In this document: piece by piece, positions 1 to 13,325 of the stretch
Layout: the number at the start of each line of letters is the position of its first letter
Numbering within the stretch: the first letter of the stretch is position 1
From: Octopus sinensis
Lineage: Eukaryota
DNA: 64,000 nucleotides
Direction: 5' to 3'
NCBI RefSeq assembly: GCF_006345805.1
Contig: NC_043007.1
Coordinates: 21,824,001-21,888,000 of the forward strand
Program-made: the position numbers and the translations under genes
Notes under the pieces: generated by a model
Databases searched by the model: none
What the model was told of the DNA's origin: nothing
The model's input: only the letters and a program-made list of their open reading frames with translations

Positions 1-444
1 AATGGATTAAGTTGATTATATCAACCCCAGAAAGGATGAAAGGCAAAGTCGACCCTGGCTGAATTTGAACTCAGAACGTAACAGCAGATGAAATACCGCT
101 AAGCATTTCATTTGGCATGCTAACATTTCTGCCAGCTTGTCATAATTCAAGTTGGCCAGGCCTGGACTAAACCCTGTCAAAAGTTTTCTCCAGATCAACA
201 AACCCATTAAACGACATCTGCTTATTTTCCTGCGATTGCCTTATAATAAAGACTTTATCAGTCATTCCTCTTCTTGGCACAAATTAGAATCGCATTTCAT
301 TAATCTTTATACAGAGTGTATCCTATATCTTTATACTGTGTGCGTACATCTGTGTGTCGTAGAGAGCTTCTAGGAGTTTGGATGTCAGGAAAGGCATCCA
401 CTGTAAAGTACGACTCAAAACAAACCCCCGTGATGAGTTTCCAT

Positions 445-945
445 AAACAATTGGGAAAGGTTGAAACAGCAAAGACTCTACTCCCTGGAGAGAAGACGGG
501 AGAGGTATGCAGTAATATATATCTGGAAGATCCTGGAAGGAATTGTGCCAAATTTTGGCATTGAAAGCTACACCGATGCTAGAACGGGACAACACTGCAT
601 AGTGCCAAAGATCCCAGCAATGCCATCACGCTTCAGGACCAGCTTCTGCAACAGCCTGGGTTTCAAGGGTCCACAGCTTTTTAATATTCTCCCAAAGAGT
701 CTGAGGAACTTGCACAAAGTAGATGTAGCAGTTTTTAAATCAAAGCTGGACCTCTTCCTATTGAGAGTCCCAGATGAACCTACTTCACGGCAAAAGGTGC
801 AAATGAGGGTAGCTATATCAAACTCCATGCTTCACCAAGTGCCACATATTGAAGGAGGCTCTTAGTAATAACAATGTAGCACAAAACGGCGGTGCATCAG
901 CATGGCCGCAGCTCTGAGCTGAAACTAAATTAAAAAAAAAAAAAA
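445..945 (+). mobile_element. CR1/L2-group LINE 3' end (ORF2 C-terminus, 3' UTR, poly-A)
   Basis: WERLKQQRLYSLERRRERYAVIYIWKIL...NSLGFKGPQLFNILP...FKSKLDLFLLRVPDEP, stop at ~865, tail ggcggtgcatcagcatggccgcagctctgagctgaaact then poly-A. Confidence 0.85.
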
Positions 946-958
946 TTTGAGAAAACAC

Positions 959-1363
959 AGGCGCAGGAGTGGCTGTGTGGTAAGTAGCTTGTTTACCAAC
1001 CACACGGTTCCAGGTTCAGTCCCACTGCGTGGCACCTTGGGCAAGTATCTTCTACTATAGCTTCGGGCCGACCAAAGCCTTGTGAGTGGATTTGGTAGAC
1101 GGAAACTGAAAGAAGTCCGTCGTATATATGTATATACATATATATATATGCGTGTATGTGTGTCTTTGTCCCCCTAGCATTGCTTGACAACCATTGCTGG
1201 TGTGTTTATGTCCCCGTTACTTAGCGGTTCGGCAAAAGAGACTGATAGAATAAGTACTGGGCTTACAAAAGAATAAGTCCCGGGGTCGAGTTGCTCGATT
1301 AAAGGCGGTGCTCCAGCATGGCCACAGTCAAATGACTGAAACAAGTAAAGGAGTAAAAGAGTA
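959..1363 (+). mobile_element. SINE family A (tRNA-derived head, internal microsatellite, CR1-type tail)
   Basis: A box TGGCTGTGTGG, B box GGTTCAGTCCC; tail ggcggtgctccagcatggcc.cagtcaaatgactgaaac(aagtaaaagag)n. Confidence 0.9.
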
Positions 1364-2166
1364 TACTCTTGGTATAATTAACTTTCCTTTAATGAAATTA
1401 CCCGTCTATCAAGATGATTTGCTCATTGTTTGTTCGGATACAATCAATCTGTATGTTGAATGTAAATATTTGCAACCACTTTTCAGTGTTAATTGCAAGT
1501 ATTTGTTTAACCACTCAACAAAATGGCTTAATAAGCTTCTTTCTCTCATGACTTTGTCACAGACACCTCCGTAATGCAAATACAATGCACAATCTCTGTG
1601 CAGCTACTTCAGTTATATGCTGTTGTCTGCTTAACACCCAAGCAGGTTTTCAAGCATTTCCCCGTTCAGCAGCAGACAGCACAAACATATAAGTTTCAAG
1701 GACAGACTTCTTGCATGAAGCTGGCTTTCTTCCTTGTTAGACACCTGGTAAAATACCAGTGTTTGTAGCTTAAGACAAGCTATCATTGCCTTGAGATTGT
1801 GAGTCACCAGTGAAAATAACCTCAAAGTACATTACGATAAGCCTAGAGAGAACTGAATCTATTTTCAATATCATTTGAATGTCTGTTTTCCATGCTGGCA
1901 TGGGTTGGATGGTTTGACAGGACCCAGTGAGCTGCAGGACTGTGCCAAGCCCCAGTGTCAGCTCTGGCATGGTTTCTACAGCTGGATGCCCTTCCTAAAG
2001 CCAACCACTTTACAGAATGTACTGGATGCTTTTAAAGTGGTACCAGCGCTAGTGAGGTTGCCAAGCAACTTGCAAGATAGAAAAGAACAGAGAGAAAGGA
2101 GAAAAAAATAATAATAATGATAATAATAATAAACTAAAACACAACTGAGTGAGTACTTGAAATTAT

Positions 2167-2547
2167 TACTCTTTTACTTGTTTCAGTCATTTGACTGCAG
2201 CCATGCTGGAGCGCCGCCTTTAGTTGAGCAAATCGACCCCAGGACTTATTCTTTGTAAGCCTAGTACTTATTCTATCTGTCTCTTTTGCCAAACCGCTAA
2301 GTTATGGGGACGTAAACACACCAGCATCGGTTGTCAAGCGATGTTGAGGGGACAAACACAGACACACAAACATATACATATATACGACGGGCTTCTTTCA
2401 ATTTCTGTCTACCAAATCCACTCACAAGGCTTTGGTTGGCCCAAGGTTATAGTAGAAGACACTTGTCCAAGGTGCCACACAGTGGGACTGAACCCGGAAT
2501 CATATGGTTGGTAAGCAAGCTACTTACCACACAGCCACTCTTGCGCC
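2167..2547 (-). mobile_element. SINE family A
   Basis: Reverse complement match to 959-1363. Confidence 0.9.
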
Positions 2548-2894
2548 TACATGCAAATTTTGATAGCAGATGATATAATTGGATTGAAGGAAATGAATTG
2601 GTGGAAGGAATTTAAGGAGGCAAAATATATGGCTGCAGGCATGGCTGTGTGGTTAAGAGGTTCACTTTGCAACCATGTGGTTTTAGGTTCAGTCCCAGTG
2701 CACGATACTTTGGACAGATGTCTTCTGCTATAGCCCTGAACCAATGCCTTGTAAGTGAATATGGTAGATGAAAATTGTGTGGGAGTCTGTTGTGTGTATA
2801 CATGCACCATCATCTCCAAACTGCTCATTATGACTAGAACTCCTATTGTACTGAGTTACAGCGCCCACATTGGCTTACATTTTATGATTCTGGA

Positions 2895-3326
2895 CTAGCA
2901 GCATAGCCCGGCATTGCCCGGGTACGTAAGAGCCCCTAGTAGGCAACGACTAATCCCAATCTAGTCCTTTCCCTCTAGGGAACGAAGGCGCATGTGTAGG
3001 TTGCAATGTCTTCTCTTCATTCGAATACTTCTGTGTATACGATGTTCCTAGCTGTCCTTTTGGGCGATAAAAAGGTCGAGTTGTGTCCCCTAGACAGAAA
3101 ATGTGTTGCATATAAAAAGCTTAGATTCTCGACCCCATGTCGAATTTATCGAATTTTTTCGGAACTGAGGGAACTTTTCAAAATTTTCGCTGCGTTAGTT
3201 TTGAATTATGACATTGGGCTATGTGTGTGTCAAGTTTCATCAGAATCGGTTGAAAGCCGTGATCAGGGTGAGGGTACAACCTGACAGACACACAGACAGA
3301 CAAACTGCCGTTTATATAGAGAGAGA
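2895..3326 (-). mobile_element. Non-autonomous Helitron
   Basis: A|TC start, (gtct)n near the 5' end, 3' hairpin cccgg-gcaatg-ccggg then CTAG|T. Confidence 0.8.
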
Positions 3327-3658
3327 TATGTCGGTACTTTTCTTCGTATATTCTTAATTCAATCTGAGCCGCATGCAAAGCATATCATATCATGGAAGTC
3401 CATTAGAAATCCCCAAAGTGCAATATGGTGAGACTGCAGCAGCCTACCCAAACAGGAAAGAGCAACAGGATGCTCTTCAAATCATGTAAAAGAGAGTAAT
3501 AGAAGGTGCAACAGAGCATTCAACCGTATCAGACATATGTGCAGCTATATGGCCCCTGCCCTTGATTGTGTTACATGTCTGCTTTTCAAATGCAGCAGGT
3601 TCTTTCGACTGCACCAGCTTTCACTACTTTTTTAAATAACTACCTTAATAACTTTATA

Positions 3659-4064
3659 GGCGTAGGAGTGGCTGTGTGGTAAGTAGCTTGCTAACCAACC
3701 ACATGGTTCTGGGTTCAGTCCCACTGCGTGGCATCTTGGGCAAGTGTCTTCTGCTATAGCCCCAGGCCGACCAAAGCCTTGTGAGTGGATTTGGTAGACG
3801 GAAACTGAAAGAAGCCTGTCGTATATATGTATATATATATGTATGCGTGTTTGTGTTTGTTCCCCTAGCATTGCTTGACAACCGATGCTGGTGTGTTTAC
3901 GTCCCCGTCACTTAGCGGTTTGGCAAAAAGAGACTGATAGAATAAGTACTGGGCTTACAAAAAGAATTAAGTCCCGGGGTCGAGTTGCTCGACTAAAGGC
4001 GGTGCTCCAGCATGGCTGCAGTCAAATGACTGAAACAAGTAAAAGAGTAAAAGAGTAAAGAGTA
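3659..4064 (+). mobile_element. SINE family A
   Basis: Full-length match. Confidence 0.9.
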
Positions 4065-4199
4065 ACTGTGCTACCCCTCAGAACAGTGGAAAATTGCCAG
4101 TGTTAAGGGTGACTGTACATCATTTCTTAGTTGTTGTCTGGTCAGTTTCACAAGTTGAATGACCATATTGACAGTCCTGTGTCAGAGAGATACTTTGGA

Positions 4200-5420
4200 A
4201 CTTCTGGAACCCTCATAACCTTATTGGACCCTTATGGTTTGGATTTATCTCCAACTCCAGCTGTTGTGGCCAGCTCATTAAATTTCTTGAAGACATCACC
4301 TAACTCACAGATTGTATTGGGTTGCCCAGAAAGTTTGTGCCGATTTATAGTAGCTTATCTTTCGACTTATTTTAAAACATGGTTGAGTCCATAAAATAGG
4401 ATTTGACTACACCTCCATTTAGAACACAGTTTAAGCTATCTTTTCATGGAAGAAGATTTGTTTTCCTATAACCTGTGTTAATTCTGTAACCCTTTAAAAT
4501 GGAAGATAAAAAAGTTTATTTTCGGCACTTGATGCTTTGGGAACCAGATAAAAATTGCTGCAGCTCGGCTGGGAGGTGTTACCCCACCATCCATATTCAC
4601 CAGATATTGCTCCTTCGGATTTCCACTTATTCAGGTCTCTACAGAATAGTCTTAATGGTAAAAATTTCAATTCCTTGGATGACGTAAAAAGATACCTTGA
4701 TGAATTCTTTGCCATGAAATCACCTCAATTCTGGGAAGAGGGTATTTTCAAGTTAAAGGAAAGATGAAGACGCATTGTGCAACAAAATGGTTAACATTTG
4801 GTTGAATAAAAATGTAATGACAAGTATTTATTGACCTTTTTCTTTCCTTTAAAAATTGGCATGAACTTTCTGGACAACCCAATAGCTCATGAATGGATGT
4901 CATCTCTCTTGACTTTGCCAAAGCCTTTAATTCTGTGCCATACAAATGACTTAGAGTGAAGCTCTCTGCAATGGGGCAAACATTACTGGTTGAAATCCAA
5001 AGCATTTGTTGCAATACCAGGATAACATTTTGCACCTTATAGATGACATCTGATGTCCTACAGGGCCTCTGTTCTTGGTTCCCTCTTATTTGTTGCATAC
5101 ATTAATGAAACTGATGCCAACACAAAACATGTTTATGTGTTAAAACATGCAGATGACGTTAAGCTGTACTTTATGATAAAAACAAAACAAAAAAGACAAA
5201 AAAAAACCCCCAATCCTGTTTGCTATAGAGCTTTCTGGCAATTTGACTTGAAAACAATGTAGTAAGAGATTACTGACTGGTGACTCAAGCAGGCTGCAGA
5301 CAAGTGCACCTCCATACATTTTGAGAGGTAAAAACTTGGAATTTACCTACTCACTCCACAACTCCAACTTTAAGGAGTCTGTTAGTGAACATGACTTTGG
5401 TATTATTGTCGACATCCGTT
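4200..5420 (+). mobile_element. Degraded CR1-group reverse transcriptase fragment, split by a mariner element
   Basis: QLIKFLEDIT...MDVISLDFAKAFNSVP, (Q)GSVLGSLLFVAYINE and HADDVKLY motifs with stops and frameshifts. Confidence 0.75.
4317..4882 (+). mobile_element. Internally deleted mariner (566 bp), TA TSD
   Basis: TIR ttgggttg(c/t)ccagaaagtt; retains MEDKKVYFRHLMLWE fused to LLQLGWEVLPHHPYSPDIAPSDFHLFRSLQNSL. Confidence 0.92.
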
Positions 5421-5762
5421 TGTGGCCGTTGCCAGCCTCGCCTGGCCCCAGTGCTGGTGGCACATAAAAAGCACCATCCGATCGTGGCCGTTTGCCAGCC
5501 TCGCCTGGCCCCCGTGCCGGTGGCACGTAAAAAGCACCATCCAATCGTGGCCGTTTGCCAGACTCGTCTGGCACCTGTGCTGGTGGCACGTAAAAAGCAC
5601 CCACTACACTCATGGAGTGGTTGGCGTTAGGAAGGGCATCCAGCCGTAGAAACATTGACAGATCAAACTGGGCCTGGTGCAGCCTTCTGGCTTCCCAGAC
5701 CCCAGTTGAACCATCCAACCCATGCTAGCATGGAAAGTGGACGCTAAACGATGATGATGATG
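5418..5762 (+). mobile_element. 5'-truncated RTE 3' UTR fragment with three ~63-bp internal repeats
   Basis: Units gccgttgccagcctcgcctggcccc.gtgc.ggtggcac.taaaaagcaccatcc; (GAT)n tail. Confidence 0.8.
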
Positions 5763-7424
5763 ATAGACATAGGAGTGGCTGTGTGGTAAGTAGCTTGCTT
5801 ATCAACCACATGGTTCCGGGGTTCAGTCCCACTGCGTGGCACCATGTGAATATGCACATGTTTGTGTCTCCTTGTCTTGACATTGTGTGATAGTCATAAA
5901 TGACGGTTGCTGTCATACGAGCAATGTCCTCCATTTCCAGTAGTCTGCGAAAGTATATCTGGCCTTGGGGAAGTATTTACCTTGCTTGGCAACAGAAGGT
6001 CAATGACAGGAAGGGCACCTGACCATAGAAAATTTGCCACAACAGATTCTGTCTGATTCATGCAAGCATGGAAAAATGGACACAGAATGATTAAGATGAT
6101 GATGATGATGATGATGAAGAAGAGGAGGAGGAGGGTATATATTTGAGAAAGTGTTGCAGAACATCGATCATCCTTTTGTAAGAAGAAAAAGAAAAAAGAA
6201 AACAAGAGAAAAAAAACCATATACAACTAAACATTCAGAGTTTTATGATCAGTGGGTAGTTGGGTGGGTGGGGCACACAGCTACTAAAATATTTTTCTCA
6301 CTCATAACCAGCAGTATCAAGTAGGTCTTACACTAGGTGGGTCACAGAGTGCAATGAGAATTAAGTACCTCACCAAGCCAGATGTGCAACATCAGAAAAA
6401 TTTACAGTCAATTGATTGGACAGCAACATGTCTTAACGCAATAAAAGTGTAGTGCACATCAGCACAAGACCACCCCAGCTCAGCACATTATAAAATCATT
6501 AAAATACCACCCACACCTTAACAGCACAATAAGTTCAGTGTCACCTTGAGAGGTGGGCACACAGGACAGTTGCCCGGGGGCCTCAAGTTTGGGTGAGTGT
6601 ACATCGTGTCAACAGCGTCGAGGTACAATTATTTTCAACTTTATTGCAAGCCTCACCAGTTTTTCCTCACAACTTTTTCGGATTCTAAACATCAAGAATG
6701 GAGTGGAGTGAACAATTTGATTGCAGAGTAATGGAAGCCAAAGTTCGGGGTCGATTATATAAGTACCAGTTACACACTGGGATCGTTATAATCGACTTCA
6801 TCCCTTTGTCTGTCCTTGTTTGGCCCCTTGTGGGCAATAAAGAAATAAGAAACAACTCATTTTTGCTAGCTAAGTGGAGTGGAGCAATGTGAAATAAAAT
6901 GTCTTGCTGAAGGACACAGTGCACTGGTGGGTATTGAACTCAGAACCTTACAGCTGTGAGCCAAATACCCTAACCACTTGGCCACGTGCCTTCACCAGTA
7001 GGGAAGGTTAGACAGAATTGGAATGAGAAATGGTTCAGTGAATGAGTGGAGAAAAGACCACTTGGAAGGCCTCCATGACAATGGGAAAACTATTTACTCA
7101 AGCAATTTGGGTCAAATGGAAAAGATTGGTGCAATAAAGACAAACATCAAGATATACTAACCTCGAAAATGGGGTGGTGTTTACGACACACTGTTACTAA
7201 AACACCTCATTTGTTATAGGTTTCTAACAGACCAACCTCTGGTTCACTATATTTTCTAATAGTGAGAGAATGATAAGGGAGTGACCGTGTCACCCGGGTG
7301 GAACAAACAGCACAATGCGCTTTTTGTTTGCTGCACTGATTTGCTGGCAATAAAAATGTTTTTTTAAACTGATATAATAACCCAACCCACCCATATACAC
7401 ACCCTTACAGGATGAGCTTTCATG

Positions 7425-8010
7425 GACATGGTTGAGTGCTTAAGGAAGTTTGCTTTGCAAGTGTGTTTTGGGTTCAGTCCCACTGTGTGACATCTCGGGC
7501 AAACGTTTTCTGCTATAACCTTGGGCAGCCCAATGCTTTGTGTGTGAATCGAAATTGTGTGGAAGCCTCTATGTGTGTGTATGTGTGTGTGTGTGTGTGT
7601 ACACCCCACCCCACATATATATACACACATATGCATACATATATACACATGTGCATACATATATACACATATATACATATGCATACATACACACATACAT
7701 ATACACATATACATATGTATGTACGCATATACATGCACGCACACACATATATATATATACATAGTGTGTGTGTGTGTGTGTATGTACCCCACCACACACA
7801 CACACATACAAACACACATATACACACATGAATACAAACACACATATACATGCACACACACACATATATATATATATATAGTGTGTGTTTGTGTGTGCCC
7901 ACCATCAACATTTGACAACCAGTGTTAGTTTGTTTACATGCCCATAACTTAGCAGTTCAGTCAAAGAGATCAACAAAATAGTACCAGGCTTCAATAGTGG
8001 AGTCGATTTA
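7425..8010 (+). mobile_element. Old SINE family A with an expanded internal microsatellite (~7570-7895)
   Basis: Diverged head and tail flank a TG/TA/CA mosaic. Confidence 0.65.
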
Positions 8011-8211
8011 TTCAACCAGCCATATCTAGCCTCTCGGACCTACCCAACAATGTCATTCTAAAAAAATAAACAATCACATTATTATCGGTCTCAATGTGAC
8101 AAGATAATGCAAGAACAATTGAAAACAAGGTGAATAATTAAGTATCACATTTCACAGAGGAATCTGAATGGTCGGTTTGAAAGTCTTTATACTTTTTCTG
8201 ATAATAATAGC

Positions 8212-8588
8212 AATGGCCCAGTGGTTAGGGCAGCGGACTCGCGGTCGTAGGATCGCGGTTTCGATTCCCAGACCAGGAGTTGTGAGTGTTTATTGAGTGA
8301 AAACACCTAAAGCTCCACGAGGCTCCGGCAGGGGATGGTGGTGATCCCTGCTGTACTCTTTCACCACAACTTACTCTCACTCTTACTTCCTGTTTCTGTT
8401 GTACCTGTATTTCAAAGGGCCAGCCTTGTCACTCTCTGTGTCACGCTGAATATCCCCGAGAACTACGTTAAGGGTACACGTGTCTGTGGAGTGCTCAGCC
8501 ACTTACACGTTAATTTCACGAGCAGGCTGTTCCATCGATCGGATCAACCGGAACCCTCGTCGTCGTAACTGACGGAGTGCTTCCACAG
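8212..8588 (+). mobile_element. SINE family C1 (tRNA-like head gcaatggcccagtggttagggcagcggactcgcgg), tail X
   Basis: A/B boxes; tail acctgtatttcaaagggccagcc...gaactacgttaaggg...cgtcgtaactgacgg. Confidence 0.8.
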
Positions 8589-8855
8589 TTAGGTGTTAGT
8601 GAGGCAGTTACACAGGATCGGTTGGCAGAAATAGCAGCTATGAACTGAATTCTGTTGACTTCCAAAAAGTTTGCTAGAAATAGTTGACCTAATTAACAGT
8701 GGAGAAAATGTCACTAAAACTTAATAGTTACAACTGAGTGGGAAAAGTTCAAACTATTTCATACTTGATTATAATTGTAAAAGAAAAAAAAAGAACTGAG
8801 GGTGCAACTTATACACAAGGCAAAACTAAAACTAAAAAAAATTATGTACCAAGAT

Positions 8856-9195
8856 GCCAGCGCCGCCCCGACTGGCTTCTGTGCCGGTGGCACATAAAAA
8901 GCACCATCCGAACGTGGCCGTTGCCAGCACCGCCTTGGCTGGCTTCCGTGCCGGTGGCACGTTAAAAGCTAAAACCGATCGTGGCTGATGCCAGACCCCC
9001 TGGCACCTGTGCAGGTGGCACGTAAAAAGCACCCACTACACTTGCGGAGTGGTTGGCGTTAGGAATGGCATCCAGCTGTAGAAACTCTGCCAGATCAGAC
9101 TGGAGCCTGGTGCAGCCCCTGGCTTCCCAGACCCCGGTCAAACCGTCCAACCCGTGCTAGCGTGGAAAACGGATGTTAAACGATGATGATGATGA
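8856..9195 (+). mobile_element. 5'-truncated RTE 3' UTR fragment
   Basis: Same repeats and tail as 5418-5762. Confidence 0.8.
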
Positions 9196-10229
9196 TTAGG
9201 GGCTCAACTAATACACAAGAATAAATATGGTATTACTTTTGTTGGCAACAAAAGGATTCTCTCCCCAAACTAATTGCCGAAAGCATGATGATTGTGTATA
9301 GTAACTTAGGAGCCTTGAATGTAGAGAGTGTGACCATTGGATAGTAAATACTGTATATACCGGCATACAGGACAGTATCTGGACTTTTAAAAAAATCACC
9401 CCAGAACTAGGGGTTGTCTTATATACCCCTGTATAAAATCTGAACATTAACTTAGATGTGTATTATAGTAGGTAATTTACAACATTTAGCCACTTTTTGA
9501 AAAGGACTTGATTAATTTTAAACAACCAAGACTTGCAGAATTGTTGCATACAAAATTTATTGATTGAAGCACAAGAAAAGATTCAGGGGCCGCTGGGAAA
9601 GCTACAGCCCACCCGACCCCTTTAGCTATGAACCTCATGCCTTTGGTGCCCGAGCTATTTTCCACGAAAACTATACAGCAAGTATAGCTCAAAACCCACT
9701 TTTTAAATGGAAATCCTGGCGGTCATTTTGTACACCCGGTTGCGTTATGCACCAGCATATATGGTAGATAACTATGCTCTGCTGGATGGGTAATGTTAGT
9801 GAGCATGAACAACGAAGCTCAAATGAGTTAAGGGGACAAAATAGGGATAAGATTTATCAAATGTAGTGGGCTTTGTTACTATAGAAACGTTGTCATTGTC
9901 GTCAACATCATCATCGTTTTAATGTCCACGTTTCCAAACTTGCATGAAATTTACTGAAGCAGATTTTCTATGTCCTGATGCCCTTCCTGTTGCTAGCTTC
10001 TTGTTTCCAGGTAGGGTAATAGTTTTCCATGTCCAGACCTGTTTTTTTGCCAAATATTAGAAATGTTCGACATTCATTTACAACAACCATATGATGAAAA
10101 GACAGGGAGACACAATGGGCTTTCTTTCAGTTTTCATTTACCAAATCCACTCACAAAGCTTTGGTCAGCCTGGTGATGTAGAAGACACTTGCCCAAGATG
10201 CCACACGGTGGGACTGAACTGAAAACCAT

Positions 10230-10317
10230 GTGGGCAAGTGTCTTCTTCTATAGCCTTGGGCCGAATAAAGCCTTGTGAGTGGATTTGATAGACGGAAACT
10301 GAAAGAAGCCCATTGTA

Positions 10318-10362
<45 letters not shown>

Positions 10363-10590
10363 GTGTGTGTGTATATGTTTGTGCATCTGTGTTTGTCCCC
10401 CCAACATTGCTTGACAACCGATGCTGATGTGTTTACGTCCCCGTAACTTAGCGGTTCGGCAAAACAGGCCGATAAAATAAGTACTAGGCTTCCAAAGAAT
10501 AAGTCCTGGGGTCGATTTGCTCCAACTAAAGGTGGTGCTCCAGCATGGCCGCAGTCAAATGACTGAAACAAGCAAAAGAGAGAAAGAGAT
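10230..10590 (+). mobile_element. SINE family A (5'-truncated)
   Basis: Core and CR1-type tail. Confidence 0.85.
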
Positions 10591-10602
10591 AAGAGCTAGC
10601 AT

Positions 10603-11025
10603 TGGTGCATGATGAAGAAACTTGCTTCCCAGCTATGAGTTTTGGGGTTCAGTCCCACTGCACAGCACCTTGGGGAAGTGTCTTCTACTGTATCCTTGAA
10701 ATACAGTATGGAATGGAAGATTTGGCAGATGAAAACAGAAAGAAGCCTGTCTCACGTGCATGCATGCATGCGTGTGTGTGTGTGTGTGTGTGCCCATCCG
10801 TCTGTCCCTCTCCTTTCCTTGGCATTGCATGATAGTTGTAAATGAATGTCCCTTTCATAAAAACAATATCATTCATTTCCAATATCATGTGAGAACATAC
10901 CTGGCTATGAGGAAACAATACCTTTTTTGGGGAACAGGTGAAGGTTGGCAACATGAAGGGCATCTGGCTGTAAAAAATCTACCTCAATAAATGCAAGTAG
11001 GGAAAGGTGGACATTAAAATGGTGA
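10603..11025 (+). mobile_element. SINE family A head/core with an RTE-type tail
   Basis: After the microsatellite the sequence runs ccttggcattgcatgatagttgtaaa...aggttggcaacatgaagggcatctggctgtaaaa...ggacattaaaatg. Similar copies at ~5770-6115, 15118-15765(-), 23570-24350(-) and 35645-36060. Confidence 0.7.
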
Positions 11026-11030
11026 TCATA

Positions 11031-11400
11031 TCTCTTATATAAAATCCATTCTGTCTCTGTTTGTGTATGTGGCTTCTAGGATCTCAGGCATCCTCCATTC
11101 GATTGCGCTCAAATTTGATATGTAGATACTGATGGTATCAGGGCGTGTATAAGTCTTGAAAAAATTACAAAAATCGATTCCAGGTGAGAATGCGATCGAT
11201 AAAGCCGTGGGAAATCGTTTTTCTTTGGAATAGAAAAAAAGTCTATTTTTATTTCTTCTTTTGCTGGTGTCTCAAATTTAGGTTAAATCAGTGTTTCCTC
11301 AAAGGGGAGGCTTATGGGACGGTCGGACAAGTTGTTTTGAGAAAATTTGGCTTAAATGTTTGACAACACAGCACCGTCCATTGGACGAGGGGCATTTTGT
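11031..11400 (+). mobile_element. Helitron-like 5' fragment
   Basis: A|TCtcttatataaaa...ctgtctctgtttgtg...gattgcgctcaaatttg; no CTAG end found. Confidence 0.45.
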
Positions 11401-11883
11401 TCGTATGTGTGTGTGAAAGAGCGAGAGAGAGAGAGAGAAAAAATGGGGGGGAGAGTAGAGCGTATGATAAATGTAATCCTAATTTTTTTTAAATGCTACT
11501 CAGATTGAAATTCCATATGGTAGACAATGTGATAATATTAGAAATAAAGAAAGTGACTAATTCAATTAGCATTAACATCTAATGACTGTCATGGTATTTA
11601 TAAAATAGAAATTAAGCTCAGCAGATTCTTGGAAAGCATAACGTTTAGATAGTCGAGCTCAGAGAAATATTGATTTCTTACATAAGTATACGACTTCAGG
11701 TTTATTTGGGGAAAGTAAAGTTGTGGTCATCCTGGGAATAGGATGTAATTAGCTCAAAGACTTTACACCATCATCATCATTTAATGTCTGCTTTTCCATG
11801 CTTTCTATTAGGTGGATGTCTCTCCTGTCACCAGCCCTTACCTGTTTCAGGCAAGGAACAGCAAAGTGGGGCTGAATCCAAAA

Positions 11884-12502
11884 CCCTTTGTGGGCTAGCA
11901 GGGTCCGTTGGGACCTCAGCAAATTTTAAAAGTTATGCAACTTTTACATTTTTTATTTAAATGATTTTATATTTTATGATTTTTATTGTCAATAGTTTAT
12001 GTACGCATAAATAAATTTAGAGTTAAAAATTCCCAGTCATATGGATATTATAGCATAAAATATGGTCATTGGGGTCCGGCTGAGCCCCATTGACCCTCTG
12101 TGAAATTATATTTTTCTGTTCTTTTTTCAGATATTCAATTTTCTTCATATTTGTACTAGTATGAATCGATATACTTTTTTCTTTTATTCTTTTTGTTTTA
12201 TTTTATATTTAGTGCTATATGTACAGTTTATAAAACTAAAAAAAAAAAGCGTTAAATTTCTTGTTCTGTATCATGCACTCACACATATACCGTAAATCCT
12301 CGAGAACAATCCACATTTTTCCCCAAAAATTTAAAGGTCAAAATCCCCTGCGTATTATACTCAAGGGCGGACTATACTCGAGGATTTACGGTATACAAGA
12401 TTAAACAAATATTACTTTATGGATAGTATGGAAATGCACAAAAATAAAAGGGGGATACCAATGGCCTTTTGTGCAATTCCAACCCCGCCAGCCCATGAAG
12501 GG
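11884..12502. mobile_element. Old piggyBac-like non-autonomous element hosting the 102-bp MITE
   Basis: Degenerate TIRs ccctttt.gtgggctagc / gccagcccatgaaggg|ttaa. Confidence 0.45.
12290..12391. mobile_element. 102-bp Tc2/pogo-like MITE, TA TSD
   Basis: Perfect TIR ccgtaaatcctcgag ... ctcgaggatttacgg, flanked by TA. Confidence 0.8.
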
Positions 12503-12821
12503 TTAACAACACACCACACCTGTGCCAATAAGCCATACCAACGTTCTTGTAATCAGTGACACTGTATAACTATATACTTTCATTTAATAGGTTTCCAGTC
12601 TTCCCTTTACTCTGAATTAACCATGAGACTCATGTGAAATAGACCAGACATATTATTTATCAAGACGGACAAAACTAGAAAAATTCACCTTCCATGTTCA
12701 GAGCCTTTCTCCTTTGAATTATTAAAAAAAAAATTTGATCAGTATTTTTATTATCCACCCATTCATTTTCGCTACCTCCTAATCCTGGGAGAGCTGCTGG
12801 GTAGAATTCTCAGGCACCTAC

Positions 12822-13325
12822 TCCATATGTTCCTTCTCAAGCCATGCCAGGCTCATAAGGGCCGGTTTCCCGGTTTCAGTGGTGTAGAAATTCCCCACCT
12901 GGATGGGACGCCAGGATTACTCATTCTTGCCAGCTGAGTGGACTGGAGCAACGTGAAAATGAAGTGTCTTGCTTAAGAACACAATGCATCACCCGGTCCA
13001 GGAATCGAAACCACAATCTTAACAATCATGATGCTGACATCCTAACCACTAAACCACGTGCCTCCACAAAAATAAATGCGCCCTTTTAAAGCCTAGCCAG
13101 GCTCATGGGACCGGTTCCCCGGTTTCAATGGCGTATGTGTTCCCCAGCTGGATGGGACGCCAGTCCATCGCAGCATTACTCATTTTTACCAGCTGAGTGG
13201 ACTGGAGCAACGTGAAATGAAGTGTTTTGCTCAAGAACACAACGCGTCGCCCGGTCCAGGAATCGAAACCGCAATCTTACGATCATGAGTTCAACACCCT
13301 AACCATTAAGCCACGTGCCTCCACG
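12822..13325 (-). mobile_element. Two adjacent SINE family C2 copies with tail Y
   Basis: gtggaggcacgtgg..ttagtggttagg head; core tgtgttcttgagcaa.acacttcatttcacgttgctccagtccactcagctgg. Confidence 0.8.

Noticed and set aside
8212-8290. tRNA genes at SINE heads
   Set aside because: A/B boxes are present but there is no closing acceptor stem, and the sequence continues into SINE bodies.
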